A DNA stretch of 8,649 nt. It comes from a virus (taxonomy: Duplodnaviria > Heunggongvirae > Uroviricota > Caudoviricetes). Both the position numbers and the translations under genes were made by a program. Shown here in pieces: positions 6,509 to 8,649 of this stretch (positions are counted from its first letter, which is position 1; every line of letters begins with the position of its first letter). Under the pieces are notes generated by a model that was given only the letters and a program-made list of their open reading frames with translations, did not search any database and was not told the origin of the DNA. Where the stretch lies: IMG/VR virus record IMGVR_UViG_2698536414_000017. The stretch is one strand, 5' to 3'.

Positions 6509-8649
6509 GTGGGTAAAGGGGGCGGCAAGGGGCACACACCGCGTGAGGCGAAGGATAATCTCAAATCCACGCAGATGATGAGTGTGATTGATGCGATTGG
6601 TGAGGGACCGATAGAAGGCCCGGTGAAGGGACTGCAGAGTATCCTGGTGAACAAAACCCCGCTGACGGACACGGACGGTAATCCCGTGATACACGGTGTG
6701 ACGGCGGTCTGGCGCGCCGGGGAGCAGGAGCAGACACCACCGGAAGGCTTTGAGTCCTCCGGTGCTGAAACCGGACTGGGCGTGGAAGTGACGAAGGCAA
6801 AACCGGTGACGCGCACCATTACGTCCGCGAACATTGACCGCCTGCGGGTTACCTTCGGGGTGCAGTCACTGGTGCAGACCACGTCAAAGGGCGACCGTAA
6901 TCCTTCCTCTGTCCGGATTCTGATTCAGTTACAGCGTAATGGCCGCTGGGTGACGGAAAAGGACGTCACCATTAACGGCAAGACCACCTCACAGTTCCTG
7001 GCCTCGGTGATTCTGGATAATCTGCCTCCCCGCCCCTTTAACATCCGGATGGTCCGGGAGACGGCGGACAGCACCACGGACCAGCTGCAGAACAGAACGC
7101 TGTGGTCGTCATACACCGAAATCATCGATGTGAAACAGTGCTACCCGAACACGGCGATTGTGGGGCTGCAGGTGGATGCGGAGCAGTTTGGCGGTCAGCA
7201 GATGACGGTGAACTACCATATCCGCGGTCGCATAATTCAGGTACCGTCAAACTATGACCCGGAAAAACGCACTTACAGCGGTATCTGGGACGGCAGCCTG
7301 AAGCCGGCATACAGCAACAACCCGGCCTGGTGCCTGTGGGACATGCTGACTCACCCGCGCTATGGCATGGGAAAACGTCTGGGGGCGGCGGATGTGGACA
7401 AGTGGGCGCTGTATGCCATCGGGCAGTACTGCGACCAGACGGTCCCGGATGGTTTCGGGGGCACAGAGCCGCGGATGACCTTTAATGCGTACCTGTCACA
7501 ACAGCGTAAGGCGTGGGACGTTCTCAGTGATTTCTGCTCGGCGATGCGCTGTATGCCGGTATGGAACGGCCAGACGCTGACGTTCGTTCAGGACCGCCCG
7601 TCGGATGTGGTGTGGCCGTACACCAACAGCGATGTGGTGGTGGATGATAACGGCGTGGGGTTTCGCTACAGCTTCAGCGCCCTGAAGGACCGGCACACGG
7701 CGGTGGAGGTGAATTACACCGACCCGCAGAACGGCTGGCAGACCTCCACGGAACTGGTGGAAGACCCGGAAGCCATACTGCGCTACGGGCGCAACCTGCT
7801 GAAGATGGATGCGTTCGGCTGCACCAGTCGCGGTCAGGCCCACCGTGCCGGACTGTGGGTGATAAAGACCGGACTGCTGGAAACGCAGACGGTGGACTTC
7901 ACGCTCGGGTCACAGGGGCTGCGTCACACACCGGGTGACATTATTGAAATCTGTGATAACGACTATGCCGGGACCCTGACCGGCGGACGTATCCTGTCCA
8001 TTGATGCTGCCACCCGCACCCTGACGCTGGACCGTGAGGTTACCCTGCCGGAGACAGGTACATCGGCGGTGAACCTGATTAACGGCAGCGGTAAGCCGGT
8101 GAGCGTGGCCATCACTGCACACCCCGCGCCGGACCGGATACAGGTCAGCACCCTGCCTGATGGTGTGGAGACATACGGTGTATGGGGGCTCTCCCTGCCG
8201 TCACTGCGTCGTCGCCTGTTCCGCTGTGTCTCCATCCGGGAAAACACGGACGGCACCTTTGCCATCACGGCGGTGCAGCACGTACCGGAAAAAGAAGCCA
8301 TTGTGGATAACGGGGCCAGCTTTGAGCCACTGTCCGGTTCGCTGAACAGCGTCATCCCGCCGGCTGTGCAGCACCTGACGGTGGAGGTGAGCGCGGCTGA
8401 CGGTCAGTATCTGGCACAGGCGAAATGGGACACGCCGCGGGTGGTGAAGGGCGTGCGCTTCAGTCTGCGCCTGACCAGTGGAAGCGGTCAGGACAGCCGT
8501 CTGGTGACCACCGCCATCACCGCGGATACAGAGCACCGTTTCAGTGGTCTGCCGCTCGGGGAATACACCCTGACAGTCAGGGCAATTAACAGTTATGGCC
8601 AGCAGGGCGAACCGGCCACCACCACCTTCCGGATTAACGCGCCAGCAAA
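6509..8649 (+). CDS. J: Central tail fibre / host specificity protein J (lambda gpJ homologue), N-terminal ~713 aa; 3' end lies beyond the window
   Basis: GTG start with aggaga 10 nt upstream. My translation begins MGKGGGKGHTPREAKDNLKSTQMMSVIDAIGEGPIEGP, matching the lambda gpJ N-terminus as I recall it (MGKGSSKGHTPREAKDNLKSTQ). Frame stays open to the end of the window, which is why it is absent from the ORF track. Downstream motifs (CYPNTA, PAYSNNPAWCLWDMLTHPRYGMGKRLG, AMRCMPVWNGQTLTF, RCVSIRENTDGTFAITAVQHVPEKEAIVDNGA) are collinear with lambda J. Confidence 0.9.
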   Translation, partial: MGKGGGKGHTPREAKDNLKSTQMMSVIDAIGEGPIEGPVKGLQSILVNKTPLTDTDGNPVIHGVTAVWRAGEQEQTPPEGFESSGAETGLGVEVTKAKPVTRTITSANIDRLRVTFGVQSLVQTTSKGDRNPSSVRILIQLQRNGRWVTEKDVTINGKTTSQFLASVILDNLPPRPFNIRMVRETADSTTDQLQNRTLWSSYTEIIDVKQCYPNTAIVGLQVDAEQFGGQQMTVNYHIRGRIIQVPSNYDPEKRTYSGIWDGSLKPAYSNNPAWCLWDMLTHPRYGMGKRLGAADVDKWALYAIGQYCDQTVPDGFGGTEPRMTFNAYLSQQRKAWDVLSDFCSAMRCMPVWNGQTLTFVQDRPSDVVWPYTNSDVVVDDNGVGFRYSFSALKDRHTAVEVNYTDPQNGWQTSTELVEDPEAILRYGRNLLKMDAFGCTSRGQAHRAGLWVIKTGLLETQTVDFTLGSQGLRHTPGDIIEICDNDYAGTLTGGRILSIDAATRTLTLDREVTLPETGTSAVNLINGSGKPVSVAITAHPAPDRIQVSTLPDGVETYGVWGLSLPSLRRRLFRCVSIRENTDGTFAITAVQHVPEKEAIVDNGASFEPLSGSLNSVIPPAVQHLTVEVSAADGQYLAQAKWDTPRVVKGVRFSLRLTSGSGQDSRLVTTAITADTEHRFSGLPLGEYTLTVRAINSYGQQGEPATTTFRINAPA

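Noticed and set aside
6419-8536. Minus-strand ORFs inside J (6419..6694, 6487..6882, 6561..6800, 6925..7125, 7122..7310, 7496..7843, 7910..8122, 7963..8355, 8201..8536) and plus-strand 8160..8345
   Set aside because: Antisense or off-frame to the J reading frame, which is continuous from 6509 to the window end with strong lambda J similarity. ORF 6419..6694 ends in the intergenic insert but has no RBS and is mostly antisense to the conserved J N-terminus.
1-8649. Possibility of a defence island, CRISPR array, toxin-antitoxin pair, integrase or IS element in this window
   Set aside because: No direct repeats with spacers, no tRNA-like or rRNA-like sequence, no recombinase or transposase reading frame. 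Every substantial ORF is accounted for by the lambdoid tail module. Only the I-J insert is unexplained, and it lacks a protein-coding candidate.

Overview
This window is a contiguous, single-strand (+) block of a lambda-like (siphovirus) tail morphogenesis module, most likely part of a prophage or phage genome. Gene order matches lambda G / G-T / H / M / L / K / I / J: a tail assembly chaperone pair joined by a programmed -1 frameshift (10..599), a 1080-aa tape measure protein (651..3893), tail tip proteins M (3886..4227), L (4227..4925), K (4936..5679), I (5577..6257), and the 5' two-thirds of the central tail fibre gene J (6509 to the window end). M, L, K, I and J are recognised by direct protein similarity to the lambda proteins as I recall them; G/T and most of H are assigned by synteny, the frameshift signal and a lambda-like H C-terminus. 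I see no rRNA, tRNA, CRISPR array, integrase or transposase, and no protein-coding candidate for a defence or other novel system. The one stretch the tail genes do not explain is an AT-rich, non-coding ~250 bp insert between I and J (6258..6508) carrying two strong hairpin/U-tract elements of opposite polarity and a plausible minus-strand promoter; I flag it as a candidate moron-like small-RNA locus. All minus-strand ORFs in the six-frame track lie antisense to conserved tail genes and are treated as artefacts.
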